A stretch of 64,000 nt of DNA from Chiloscyllium plagiosum. Its lineage: Eukaryota. The stretch is from positions 50,262,302-50,326,301 of the forward strand of contig NC_057719.1 in assembly GCF_004010195.1 (NCBI RefSeq), written 5' to 3'. The notes under the pieces are model-generated. The model did not search any database. It saw nothing but the letters and a program-made list of their open reading frames with translations, and was not told where the DNA came from. Both the position numbers and the translations under genes were made by a program. Positions within the stretch are counted from its first letter, which is position 1; every line of letters begins with the position of its first letter. Of the stretch, positions 1-12,584 are shown piece after piece.

Positions 1-1200
1 AGGGCAATGGCAAGGCCAAGTCACTGAACAATTGAAACCAGGAGTGAGAATTTGAAAATTGAAATGCTTTTTTGTAGTCAGTGTGAGTCAACAATTACAA
101 GGCTGATCACTAAAATGGCATTTGATGTGAGTTGGATGAGGCAGCAGAGTTACTTTGAGTATATAGAAGGTAGGTTGTGCAAGGCTGGCCAGGAGGGATT
201 ATTAAAAGGCTGAGTAGTAGTGAGAAAGGACAGAATGATGCAACATTCTGGCACTGTGAACACTTGACATATTGTGCCCCATCTTAGTGATGGTGTGGGT
301 ATGTGGTTGAAAGTTCATCTAGGTCAAATAAAGCATAGATTGGGAACTTATGTGTTTTATGCTTAGAAAGTTATGAGCGAGAATCTGTGGTGTGAAAGTT
401 GAGTTTGTGGTGTGCATCTGTCAGTTCTTTCCCAAAGTTTAGCTTCATAAGCGAGATTATCTACTTTGCTATCTATTTTTCAGATGTGTCCATTACCACC
501 TTGGGTTTCCCTGTGTGGAATCCCCCTTCCCGTCCCCATTCCCAATCATCTGTACGGCCAACCACCCTTTCTGTTGATCAAATTTCCACTGAACATTTGA
601 CTCTCGGCTTCTGTTCCTGATCTTCACTGCTGCTCTGACCTCTCCATCTTGCCTGCAATTCTATTTGAATCTCTTCAATTGGAACTTCATCTCTGCCACA
701 GCACTGGAGCAGTGCCAATCCAAATCACGAATGGCAAGCTGTCTGAAGTGATGAATTATCATAATTTGGACTATTTTGACTCATTCAACTATGCCATCCT
801 CCCCAACATTTTTCTCGTAGAGTGCAACTCAAATGAGAATGTCCTCACTTAGTTCTACTCTTGTTATTCTGATAGCAGCTAGACAATCTCCAGCCTTTGC
901 TTTCTCTTCCTTTGCCCTCACTATTGTCTACAGGTTTCCAAGTGTCCTTATCTGGCTGCTTCATTTAAGTACTGGTTTTGTGAAAGGTCTTCTGTAGATG
1001 CTGCCAGTTTCCACATGGGAGCTGTGGTATCCAGTTGGAGCTCTCTACCATTTCTCTAACCCCCTCTACTTCACCTGTTATCCGATAGGATGTCTGAAGT
1101 AAGCCACCATTTCTTCAAGTTGAAAATTGTTAGTCCTGAATGTATCATCCGTGGTTTCTTCCTTAAGCGTTCTACATTTAGCACCTATACCTCTTTACAA
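1..1200. mobile_element. Highly decayed LINE (L2-like) fragments
   Basis: Degenerate RT-like stretch near 1090-1130 (gatgtctgaagtaagccaccatttcttcaagttgaaa, resembling the WM..NFLQLN motif). Recognised by eye only. Confidence 0.35.
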
Positions 1201-1204
1201 GAGC

Positions 1205-1600
1205 ACGGTGAGAACACAAATAAGAGCAGAAGTAGGCTGTTGGCTCTTTGAGCCTTCTCAAAGCAGTTAATTGCAATCATGGCAGATCTGACTTCAATTT
1301 CATTTCACCGGCCCTTCACTGGATCTCTTAACAGACTCTAAGTGAATTATCAGCTTCAGCATTGAAAATGTCCAGTGACTGAGTTTTCGAAAGTGCACAA
1401 CCCACTTGGTTGCAGAACTCACTCATCTTGCTCTAAATCAACAATCCTGCATCCTGAGGCAATCTCACCTATTCTGGGCCTTTTGCCTGTGGGAATCAGT
1501 CTTTCAACTTGTAGCTAATTAAGTCCTCTCAGAATCTTGCACGTTTCAATGAAATTGCCCCTCATTGTTCTGAACTCCAGAAAGTATAAAGTTAATTCTA
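1205..1600 (-). mobile_element. Old CR1 3' end fragment
   Basis: agagcagaagtaggctgtt...gagcc 3'-end motif and cctcattgttctgaactccag, shared with other minus-strand CR1 remnants (e.g. 18990-19320). Confidence 0.55.
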
Positions 1601-2013
1601 CTTGATTGTGCTGAAATCAACATTTTGCACTCTCACTCCTTTGGTTATCATGTGCTGTCAGGCATAAAGGATGCCTTTTCTTTCCCTCTTGGAGTTTGTC
1701 CATCTGGAATTGAAGCTGGCCACACCTACCTTCTTGGATGCCCGTCTGTCCTCCATGTTTTGAACTGACTTTTTGTTGAGCTTATTCAAACCTTCAAAAA
1801 ACATGGTTCCCCAGCTGAGGTATAGAATTCTCAAGTTCTGAAGAATCATATTATACTCAAAACATTAAAATTATTTCTCTCTCCACGGGTGTCACCAAAC
1901 CTGCTGAGGTGCTCTAGCACTCTGTGGTTTTTATATCAAAGAATGGCAGGTAGTGACTAATATCCCCAGGTCAATGTAGTCTCCTGGAATACTTTTAGGA
2001 ACAGCATGGACAG

Positions 2014-2375
2014 GAGGAGGCGATGGTCTAGTGATATTATCATTGGACTGTTAATCCAGAGACCTAGGTAGTGTCCTGGTGACCTGGATTCGAATCCCTC
2101 CATGATAGATGATGGAATTTGAATTCAATTTTGAAAGAAGTCTGGAATTAAGAGTCTAATGGTAAGCATGAAGCCATTGTTGGGGGAAAAAAAAACTATC
2201 TGGCTCACTAATATCCTTTAGGGAGAGAAACTGCCATCCTTACCTGGTCTGACCGACATGTGACTCCAGACCCACAGCAATATGGTTGACTCTTAATTGC
2301 TCTCTGGGCAATTAGGGATGGGTAATAAATGCTGGCTTAGCCAGAGATGCCTTCATCCCATGAATGAATAAAGAA
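2014..2375 (+). mobile_element. tRNA-derived SINE, family B
   Basis: Box A-like tggtctagtga, box B ggattcgaatcc, tail gggcaattagggatgggtaataaatgctggc...catcccatgaatgaataaa. Other copies at 13900, 49920 and 52038. Confidence 0.8.
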
Positions 2376-2699
2376 AAGACCAGCTGGATCTTGGCTCAGT
2401 TGATGGGGTGGACTTTGAGCTTTGGATATTGCAATGCATCAAGGACGGTGAAGGTTATCTGTATGCCTGTTCCAGAAGCAGTCTCCCCCGGCCTCTACAA
2501 CCTTCTGTGGAAGAGAATTCTACAAGGCTTTCAGTCCTTTGAGTAAAGAAAGCTTTCCTAACTTCAGCCCTAAATGGTTTACAGTGTGTCCTAAGACTGT
2601 CTCCTGGTTCTAAACTCCGTAATCAAAGAAACTCACCCTTTGCATCTCGTCTGCCCACTCTTTTTTGAATTTTCAGGAAAGGATAGAATTTAACAACAA

Positions 2700-4665
2700 T
2701 ACAACATTGATTGTGGGCCATTTTAATCTTCACATGGATTGGATGAATCAAATTGACTAAGTGGTTTGGAATTTGCATGTATAGTGTATATTTGGGCAGT
2801 GTCTTTGAACAGTACATTCTGGAATCAACCAGGGAACATCCTGGTAATATGTAATTGAACAGGATTAATTAACTAACTATTTCTTAGTGAAAGGTCTCCC
2901 AGGTTAAAATGATCTTAATGCAATAGAATTTCACATTCTGTTTTCAGCTGAGTCACTTGGGTCAGAAACTAGTGCCTGAAGTGAAGGGGACAGTATGGAC
3001 ATGAAGACCAGATGATCTAAAGTGAAATAGGTTGAAAGTTAAGACAATAGAGAAGCAGTGGTAGACATGAAAGGACATATTTTAAACTCTCAATCAAAAC
3101 ATATTTCATTGACAAAGACTCTATAAGCATGCACTGTCCATGTCAAATTAAGAAAGTTAAGGATGGTAACAAAATAAATGAGGTGTATAATTCTCCATAA
3201 TTTAGTAGTCCAGAAAGCTTTCAGAATTTTGCAAAGGATGGCTTTAAAAAATAAGAAATTGAAGAAAGATAGGAAGTACAAAAAAGGGCAAAAATTTCTC
3301 TCGTTATATTTATAAAAAAATTGATCCTGCAGTTGTTGAGATGGGAATTAATAACAGGAGAGAAGCAAATTGTAGAGACAAGGGAGAAGTATTTTGTGGC
3401 TGTCTTCATAGTTCAACGCACAAACTATGAATTGTTGAAAATCAAGAAGCAAATGGCAAGGAAGAATTTATTATGTAAAATTCTAGAGGAAAAAGCACAT
3501 GAGCTATTGGCTTTCCAGTTCTCATAGCCTTCATCTTAGAGACTTAAATGAAATTTCTGCAGAGGTAATGGATGTACTGATTTGCAATCTTTCAAAATTT
3601 CTTACACTCGAGGAAGATTTCAGTGGATTGCAAATCTGTAACTGTATTTAAGAAAGGAGAGACTTGGTAAGCAGGAGACTATAGGCCAGTAAGTCTAATG
3701 TCAGTCATTGTGAAAATGGTAGAAACCGTTATTAATGAAGTAGTTGTAGGATACATAGAACATTGTAGCAGTAGGATTTTGACAAAGGGAAATCATGCTT
3801 CAAATCATCTTTGAAGATGTAACAAGCAAGGTGGATAAAGGTGAACCAGGAAAGCAAGTTGTAAGGAGGTTACCAAGACTCTACAAAGGGATATAGATAA
3901 TTTAAGTAAGTGGGCAAAAGAATTGGCAGCTGTAATCTAATATGATGAAATGTAAGGTTGTCCACTTTGGCAGAATCTTGCAGTACAGAAGGAATTCTGT
4001 GTCCGTGAATGTGAATCGATGAAGCTTAGCATTCAAGTCATTTGGAAAACAAATGAAATGTTGGATTTTATTGCAAGGGCAATGGAGTATAAAAATGGAA
4101 AAATCTTACAGCGCATTTGTGGGACTGCACCTGCAATATTTTGTACAGTTTTGGACCCTTCAATTAACAAGAGATATGCTTCTATTGGAAGTAGTCCAGA
4201 GAAGATTCACTCATCTTCTGATGCCTGGATGGAGGTATTATGAGGAATAATTGAGCAGACTAGGCCTAGAGTGTCATTGTGGCTTCGAGGAATTAGATGC
4301 GATGGAATTGAAACATCTGGAATTCTGATTGGGCTAAGAGGATGGATATTAAGAGGATTGTTGTTCTTGTGGCAAATCCAGAACTTGGGGACACCGTTTA
4401 AAAATGGGTGATTCCCTCATTTTATAAGGATGTGAGGGAGAAAGCTTTCTATTGAGGAATTCTGTTTCACAAAGAGGAAGAAGGCTAGTTCATAGAATAC
4501 AATCAAGGCTGAGTTCGATCCTGCTTTACTGCAGGATTCTGCCAAAGTTAGGTCTTTGACAAAGGAATCCAAGGTTTGGTGGTCTGTCATGAAGGTGAAG
4601 TTAATGCCATAATTAGATAAGCCACAACATTACTGTGTGGTGGAACAGGTTTGATGGACTGAATG
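2700..4665 (+). mobile_element. Decayed CR1 LINE ORF2 (APE through RT to 3' end)
   Basis: Remnants of the endonuclease GDFN motif (2713-2735), the RT NYRPVSL motif (gactataggccagtaagtcta, ~3677), QYFVQFW and EVVQRRFT (ORF 4053-4250), plus a CR1 3' end. Confidence 0.75.
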
Positions 4666-4769
4666 GCCATTCTCCTCCTCTTGTTCTTTTATGATCCTTA
4701 TTTGCCAATTGCAGGTCCACTGTATGTGCCATCCTTTATTTCTTTGAAATTTTCTTCATGTGGAATCAT

Positions 4770-5240
4770 AATAGTCCAGAAAGAGGTCCTTTGGTCGATT
4801 GAGCCTGGACCAACTGTCTGTAGAGCAGATACATTTTCACTCTACTCTTTCCTTGTGGCTTGATAGCTTTATTTCCCTTAAGTACTCATCCAATTTCCTC
4901 TGCTTCTACCACCCTTGTAGGCATTGAGTATTATTACCACTTATGCTTCACAAGAGGTTTTTTCTTTGATCTCTCCCTGTATCTCAAATCAAGAATTCTA
5001 AATCTGAGTACAAGCGGGGTGAGACAATCAGCTAATGAGAGCACGTTTGCTTTGTCTAAAATTGTCCTAGTTTTGTATGCTTCCATCGAATTTTCCCAAC
5101 TATTCTGTGCTCCAAAGACGACAGCCTCAGCCTTTTCGACTTAAGCTTGCAGTGAAAAGCCCTGATCACTGGAATCACCATGATAAGTCATCTCTATGCT
5201 TTCATATAATTTCCTAAGTGTAGTGACCAGACTGGATGCA
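4770..5240 (-). mobile_element. Old CR1 3' fragment
   Basis: agaaagaggtcctttggtcgattgag 3'-end motif and degenerate ORF2 C-terminus on the minus strand. Confidence 0.45.
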
Positions 5241-6310
5241 GGCTGTGGTGTTCTAAGGTATTTGTTGTTCATGTCCTTCCAGATGATAGTAGTCATGGGT
5301 TTGGAAGGTGCTGTCTGGCGCGTCATGGTGAATCTCTACAGTGCAACTTGTAGATGACATGCACTACTACTAATTTTTGTCAGTGGTAGAGGGAGTGAAT
5401 GTTAATGAACATGGTATCAACAAGTATGCAGTTTTGTCCAAGATGATGCCTAGCTTCTTGAGTCATGTTGGAATTGTGCTGATGAGTCAAAAGGTACTTG
5501 TTCCCTCTTGTTGGAGATGATCATTGCCTCGCACTTTCGTGGCACCAGTGTTACTTGACACTTGTTAGCTTAAGTCTGGATATTGCCCAGGTATTGCATA
5601 TGGATGCAAGCTAGTTCAGTGCCTTTGAAATCACGAACAATGCTGAACATATTGCAATCATGAGCAAATATCCCCACTTTTGACCTTATGATGGTGGGAA
5701 TGTCATCAGTGAAGCAGCTGAAGATGGTTGGGCTGGGAAAAGTACTTTTGAGGGATTCCTACAGTAATATTCTTTGGTTGAACAGACTGATCTCCAACAC
5801 TAATTTTTTTTCCCTTTGTGCTAAGTATGAGTCTAGCCAGAAAAGAGTTTCATCCTGATTCCTATTGACTTTCATTTTGCAGTTGCCCCTTGATGTCACA
5901 CTTGGTCAAATGCTTTAATGTCAAGGGCAGTCACTGTCACCTTGCCTTTGGTACTTAGCCCTTTCTTGATATTACATGGGTGAATAAAATTGGTTGAAGA
6001 CTCCCCTGTGAGATGTTGGGAACCTTTGGAAGGGGACAAGGTGGATCATCATTTGGCATTTCTGGCTGACAATTTTTGTAGCTGCTTCAGGCTTATGTTT
6101 TGTATTAGTGTGCTGGGCATCTTCTTCATTGAGGATTTTGATATTTCTGTAGCCACCGCTTCCATATAGACCTGTTCTATTTCCAAATAGATGTTAAAGG
6201 ACTACAGAGCATAGATCTGATCTGTTTGTTGTGGGATTATTTAGCTCTATCTCTCATTTGCTGCTTGTTCTCTCTGGTATGCAGGTAACCCGGGGTGTTG
6301 CAGCTTCACC
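5240..6310 (-). mobile_element. Decayed LINE family B (CR1/L2-group RT region)
   Basis: Reverse complement matches RT segments at 32410-33230, 44490-44985 and 45770-45842 (catcataaggtcaaaagtggggatatttgctcatga, a FADD-like motif). Confidence 0.65.
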
Positions 6311-6554
6311 ATTAGATTATATTACAGTGTGGAAACAGGCCCTTCGGCCCAACAAGTTCACACCGACCCGCCAAAGCGCAACCCACCCATACCCCTACAT
6401 TTACCCCTTACCTAACACTACGGGCAATTTAGCATGGCCAATTCACCTGACCTGCCCATCTTTGGACTGTGGGAGGAAACCGGGGCACCCGGAGGAAACC
6501 CACGCAGACACGGGGAGAACATGCAAACTCAACACAGTCAGTCGCCTGAGGCGG
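6311..6554 (-). mobile_element. HE1 V-SINE, young, lacking most of the tRNA head
   Basis: Near-identical to the reverse complement of 62523-62770 (V-domain ggaggaaaccggggcacccggaggaaacccacgcagacacgggg). Confidence 0.9.
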
Positions 6555-7746
6555 TTGTATCCTAACCAGAATTTTATACATGTTCATCATAATTTCTTTG
6601 CTTTTGGACTCTGAATTTCTATTTAGAAAATCCAAAACCACATTTGCTTTGCTAACTACTCTCTGAGAACATCCTGCTCCCTTCAGAGATCCATGCACAC
6701 AAACACAAGTTTTCAGAACAAGAGATTGAGACACACAATCAAGAGATGATAAATTTCAGTTTTAGCTGAAATTGAGGAGACTTCTTCAAAAGTAACAAAC
6801 TTCTGGGTAATCCTATAGAAATAAATAGATATATAATTGTTGAGAATATGTAACTACAGAAGTCTTAGGGGAAATAAGTAAACCAATTCTATAACATGTA
6901 TAATTATAAACCATTTTGCTCAGCTGATAGTGCTGCTTTTTAACTTTTCTGTACACAGTAAAAGTTTTTTTTTCCAAAGTGAAATCCAATGGCATAATTC
7001 TGTTGGACCAGAACAACCTATCTGATTTTTAAACAAAAGTATTTACGATCTCTGAGTAAATAATAACAGTTCAAATGTAGGCAAAATGGCAGCTAATTTG
7101 AGTACAGCAAATTGCTGCACAAGAACCTAAGAAGTAGGAGCAGACAGCAAAGAGTCTGACCAGATAGTCTGTTGAACTCCTGTTGGTTTGATAATAAATG
7201 TAGTCCAAAATCAAAAGCCACGCTACCATTTCTTTATGAAATGTTACTGGTAATCGAGAACTGTGCATTTCCTTTTTTTTCTGCATGCCATCTTTGATAA
7301 ACTTCCAAGTTTTACTGCAGTAAATGCCATTACACTCCACTGCATTTACTTTCACTCTCCTTCAATGAAAGGTGTCATTTATGACCTCACCTTGAATGTA
7401 AGGTTTGTGCCCTCTGGCATTATCTGTTCTCCAATCTGAAAAGACTTGATCAGAATACATCTTAAACACTTACGTAGCAATGATAAAGCTCAAATGTCTT
7501 TTGAATATTTTTTACAATACTGCTCATTTCTGACAATATTTTTTATGAAACTAAACTGAATTTTCCCTATTCCTAATACTGCATATCTATATAATTACCA
7601 AGTCAATTTATAATAAATTGGCTGCAGTCTAATATTGTGTAATTTGAACTTGAATGTTAACTGCTTGGTTCATGATTTGTACCTGGCTATAAAGCTAGAG
7701 GATCCTTTTGACTTTTTACAGCCTGTACTGCAACCTTATTGTACAT

Positions 7747-8125
7747 GATGTGGACGTGCTGGTGTTGGACTAGGGTGGACAAATTCAGAGGTCACATGAC
7801 ACCAGGTTATATTCCAACAAGTTTATTTGGAAGTACAAGCTCTCCTAGCATTGCTTCGTCAGGTAGCTAGTCAGGCAATATCATAGGGCACAGAATTTAT
7901 AGTGAGAGATCGAAGTGTCATACAACTGATGTGATGTATTGAACAAACCTCGATTACTGTTAAGTCTGCCAGTACATCAGTTGCATGACGCTTTGATCTT
8001 CTACTGTAAGTTCCGTGTCATATCATCCTGCCCCACCAGCTACCTGATGAAGGAGCAGCGCTCTGAAAGCTTGTACTTCCAAATAAACCTGTTGGACTAT
8101 AACCTGGTGTTGTGTGATTTTTAAC
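7747..8125. mobile_element. Penelope-like fold-back element, family B
   Basis: ~7792-7885 is the inverted counterpart of ~8020-8120 (caccaggttatattccaacaagtttatttggaagtacaagc / gcttgtacttccaaataaacctgttggactataacctggtg). Hammerhead motif at 8041; same terminal tail as 23448. Confidence 0.8.
8041..8075 (+). ncRNA. Minimal type I hammerhead ribozyme motif (PLE family B)
   Basis: TAC-CTGATGA-A-GGAGC-agc-GCTCT-GAAA-GC-TT-GTA: stem I TAC/GTA, intact core, stem II, loopless palindromic stem III (AGCT). Confidence 0.7.
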
Positions 8126-9704
8126 CACCTTGTACAAGTTAGTTGAATAGATATCCATGACATCTTTGATCAATTAAACTGAAAACGTTTTTGAAATATC
8201 TTGTATGTTAGGTGATGCATAAAAGAAATGGAAATTGCTGCAAATCATTTTATTAAATAATGATAAAGAAAGACTCACTTTGGATGTGAGAATAGTTGAA
8301 GAATAGTAAATATCTTCATAACGCTTGTTCTTTATTGTGCTGCAGTTGTGGAATTTCATTTTTTTTCTTGATGCATTATGCAATATATTTGTGTAACATC
8401 TTTGTGACAGATTTTTCTCATACAAAAATAAAATGCTGGAGGAGTGGCATTGGTAGGTAAACCACAGCAGTCAGATGCCATGTTCTGAAATGTATGAGTC
8501 CAGTATTACAGCCATAAATGCTGTTAAAAGATGAGAGCACGAGCTAAGTATGAAGTTAGACTGTCAGGAAGGTCGGGGTAAGGGGGATAGGTATATGATG
8601 CAATGCCTAGGGTTGCTGTAGGTGGGGGGAGGTGGTTTGGGTGAAAAGGGGTAGCCAAGTCCAGCAAAGATGAATGGGGGTGGTCCGGAGCGAGTGAATA
8701 AGGTTCAGGTCCCAGTCTATGTAGAGTGATTGAAAGAGGTTCAGCTCCCTGAGAGTGAAGGATGCTTAATTTGTGGTGGGCTTGTCACTTTAGGGTGTGA
8801 GGTAAGTTTGGGGTTAAATATTTACTCCAGAATTAGACAATGCATTTAATAGTCTTTTTTTTTTCTGGTATCTAGTTTTATGAATTACATCAGAATCCTC
8901 CAAATTATCTGATTTAAATGGAGACTTCTCCGAAGATTCAAAACATGGAGATATTGTCCAGCAAAGTTTTCAGTTTCCCGGGCAGTTTCTTTAAAGTGTG
9001 CCACTGTGGTGATACGACAGGGTCTGTGCAACCCCCATTTATGCTGGAATAATGACAATGTGGCCAGTAGAAGCTCCAGGACAGTGCTTTTTATATCTGA
9101 CCTTTTCACTTAGTTTTATTCATTTTGGGATAAGTGATTTTTTTTTTGGCAGTGCTTTGCTTTTGCAGCAATCTTAATATGTTTGTAGCCAAAATGAGAA
9201 AATTGTTGCTTGTTACAGTAACATTCATAAATCATCTGCATAATACATTTAAAATATAACATAGGTGATGAATCGCCTTGCGAAATAACTAGAGCATAAC
9301 AAGACGCATTTAGTCCAACAGATTTATACTGGTATTTAAGCTTCACGTGAGCATTCTCCCCTCCTACATCAACGTGTCCCAATTGTTTTCTTGCTCATAT
9401 TGCATAGGTCTTTCTAATGGCTGCAGCCGTTCTTGGGAAATTTTCTGCAGTAGTAATTGGGAGAGGTGGTTCACTGGTTGTAAATATTCTATATCAAAGC
9501 ATTTCTTTAGCCCCCCACCAAGCTGTAATTGATGGTTTTCTGTTCTCCTGTTTTTACTCAAATTCAAGAGGCAATTCAGCCCTTTGAAAAAATCTGTCCT
9601 ATTCCCCTGCCTTTTCTCCATAGCCTTCCTGAAGTTTGCTGACCCATTGAATACAGTATTTCACCTGGGACTCATCAAGACAAAGTTAACTAGAGTAATA
9701 CCAC

Positions 9705-9875
9705 AGGTGCTGGAAGTATGAAATAAGGCTAAGTTCTGGTAGAGGTCTGCAATGTCCACAGAGACAAAGAGAATTGACATTGCAGATTTATGTATTCTGG
9801 GGAAAGATCATTGATCTGAAATGTCAACTATGGTTCTGTCCACCGATGCTTCCTGACCTGTTGAGTCTTTCCAGC
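9705..9875. mobile_element. Ancient PLE-type fold-back remnant
   Basis: ttgacattgcagat / atctgaaatgtcaa inverted pair, and gatgcttcctgacctgttgagtctttccagca resembling the family A arm. Confidence 0.5.
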
Positions 9876-10235
9876 ACATCCTGCACTAATTGTAATTATT
9901 TATAATGGATTAGCATAACTTAGTTGGTTTTGTACTATAAAAACAACAACATACACTGTAGCATTTATATAGTGCTATATAACTCGAGTAAATGTCCATT
10001 ATTTGTGTCTGTATAGTTGGAGATCCCATAGATTTCTTAATAGCCTTGCCAACTTGTCCTGCATTTGTACAATTCAGTGGTGATTCTGAAATTACTTTTT
10101 TGTTTCTTTACTTGTCCCATCTTTTATCCTGGACCAGTACCCCTTCTATCATTTTAATTTTTTCTATATTCCAGCTTATTGCAGAACTTTTCCTGTTGTT
10201 TCTTTTCCCCCCATTCCCTTTCCTGTTTGTGTATC

Positions 10236-10515
10236 TTAGAATCCCTACAATGTGGAAACAAGCCATTTAGCCCTATGAGTCCACACTGACTCTCTGAAGA
10301 GCATTCCACCGGCACCACCCTTTTCCTGCATTTTCCATGGCCAATCCACCTCACCTGCACATCTTTGGACTATGGGAGGAAACCGGAGCATCTGGAGGAA
10401 ATCCACAGTGATACAGGGACAATGTGCAAACTGTACCCACGGATTTACCCGAGCATAGAATTGAACTCGGGTGCCTGAAGCTGTGAGGCAGCAGTGCTGC
10501 CCATTCAGCTACTGG
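10236..10515 (-). mobile_element. HE1 V-SINE
   Basis: V-domain and tRNA head on the minus strand (ctgtgaggcagcagtgct); tail ccctacaatgtggaaaca. Confidence 0.85.
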
Positions 10516-11487
10516 GTACTTAAATAAAATCTGTCACATCTTCAATTTTGTCACAGACTTCAAGAATGGACTCAGCTTAGCCTTCTTTGATGCTACCTGA
10601 CCTCTGAATAATTTCAGTTTTTCAAGTTTCTACTCCCAATTCCCAACATCCCCAGTTTTGTGTTTCTAGTTTACATTGTCTCTCGCTTATTCTTTGAACC
10701 AGATTTCTTTGTTAAATTTCATTTGCCATATGCTTGCCCATTTCAGCAATTCATGTCTTCCTGAAGTATGTTGTTTCATTTCCTTATTGCTTGAAGCAGT
10801 TGGTTGCAATTTTGAGAAGATAAGTAATATCAACTAATTTATTTATGATTGTCCACTCATAAATTATCATTTATTTCTTTGGGAAAAAAAAGCCATAATT
10901 GGCTCTGAATCAAAGCTACCTTTCATGATCCTTTTATACTGAAAGGAAAGGATTATGTTAGTTTCTGTTTATTGATTATGAAGATAGAAAATTGATCAGT
11001 TAAGGATCCACTCTTGTCTACTATTCTATTCCAGAATTAAATGTGTTTAGGTGCTGGATCAGAACAGTTTGGAGAAAACTGTTCAGACAGAAAATTGTGC
11101 TAGAATGCACTTCTGGGGTTAGTATTGAAGTGGAGAACACTATGCATATGTTAGATGATAGTGAAAGGGACGGGAGAATAAAGCCTTGTGTGAGCAAGGC
11201 ATGCACGTGAGATTAGGATATTTGGTTGTTTTATGGTTGGGACAAATAACCTGTTGCCATGTTGTTGTTGTTTCCATGCAATTCAATTACTCTGATGTGC
11301 AAATAGCCCTTGAACAATAATGCATGAATTTTAAACATGAGGACTGACATGTGATAAGGTATAAAATTTAGACGTTACTGTTAAATTTTAAAACCTGGCA
11401 AGTTGATACTTGTTTGCAACAAAGTTGTGTATTATTTTAAGACAAATCGGACATTTCAAAATTGCTTCTTGGTATTGTAGCAAATAA

Positions 11488-12076
11488 GCTGAAAATGTGT
11501 TGCTGGAAAAGCGCAGCAGGTCAGGCAGCATCCAAGGAGCAGGAGAATCGACGTTTCAGGCATGAGCCCTTCTTCAGGAATGAGGAAAGTGTGTCCAGCA
11601 GGCTAAGATAAAAGGTAGGGAGGAGGGACTTGGGGGAGGGGCGTTGGAAATGCGATAGGTGGAAGGAGGTCAAGGTGAGGGTGATAGGCCGGAGTGGGGG
11701 CGGAGAGGTCAGGAAGAAGATTGCAGGTTAGGAAGGCGGTGCTGAGTTCGAGGGATTTGCTGAGACAAGGTGGGGGGAGGGGAAATGAGGAAACTTCCTA
11801 ACCTGCAATCTTCTTCCTGACCTCTCCGCCCCCACCCCCACTCCGGCCTATCACCCTCACCTTGATCTCCTTCCACCTATCGCATTTCCAACGCCCCTTC
11901 CCCAAGTCCCTACCTTTTATCTTAGCCTGCTGGACACACTTTCCTCATTCCTGAAGAAGGGCTCATGCCAAAACAATGATTCTCCTGCTCCTTGGATGCT
12001 GCCTGACCTGCTGCGCTTTTCCAGCAACACATTTTCAGCTCTAATCTCCAGCATCTGCAATCCTCACTTTCTCCTC
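11488..12076. mobile_element. Penelope-like fold-back element, family A (~248-bp arms)
   Basis: Arms 11487-11735 and 11794-12040, 58-nt spacer, unpaired tail 12041-12076. Exact 14-bp TSD attgtagcaaataa (11474-11487, 12077-12090). Hammerhead-like core ctgaagaagggctcatgcc. Confidence 0.9.
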
Positions 12077-12584
12077 ATTGTAGCAAATAATTTTGTTTTG
12101 ATTTGACTTCACCGTTTGCATGTTGTTTGTGCCCTTTTGCTGTCCACTCATGGTCATCAGGCATCAATAGTAAAGCCTATGTTGAGTTTATATTGTTGGA
12201 TTAGCTTTTTTCAGAAAAGCTTACCAGATGTCATTTGAACAGAGTTCTACAACCCTCAGCCCTCATGAGAACCAAACCTTTTTTCTTGTCCTGGGGAATG
12301 TTGCTGGACATTGGAGTGCAGGTTTATAGTTCATTGAAAGTAGAGTTGTGGGTAGACATGATAGTGAAGATGTCTTTTGGTATGCTTACCGTTTATTGGT
12401 TAGTGCATGGAGTATAAGAGTTGGGAGGTCACGTTGCAACTGTACAGGGCAATGCTTAGGCCACTTTTGGAATACTGTGCAATTCTGGTTTCCCTCCTGT
12501 AGGAAGGATATTGTGAAACTTGAAAGAGTTCAGAAAAGATTGACAAAGATGTTGCCAGGGTTGGAGCTAAAGGGAGAGGCTGAA

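Noticed and set aside
4589..4600. ATGAAG|gtgaag as start exon
   Set aside because: Lies inside a decayed CR1 3' region.
9364..9621. 85-aa minus-strand ORF as an antisense gene exon
   Set aside because: No recognisable homology or convincing splice structure.
11488..12076. Hairpins as DNA-transposon MITEs or miRNA precursors
   Set aside because: The asymmetric unpaired tail, long variable TSDs, variable arm length and hammerhead cores point to Penelope-like retroposition.
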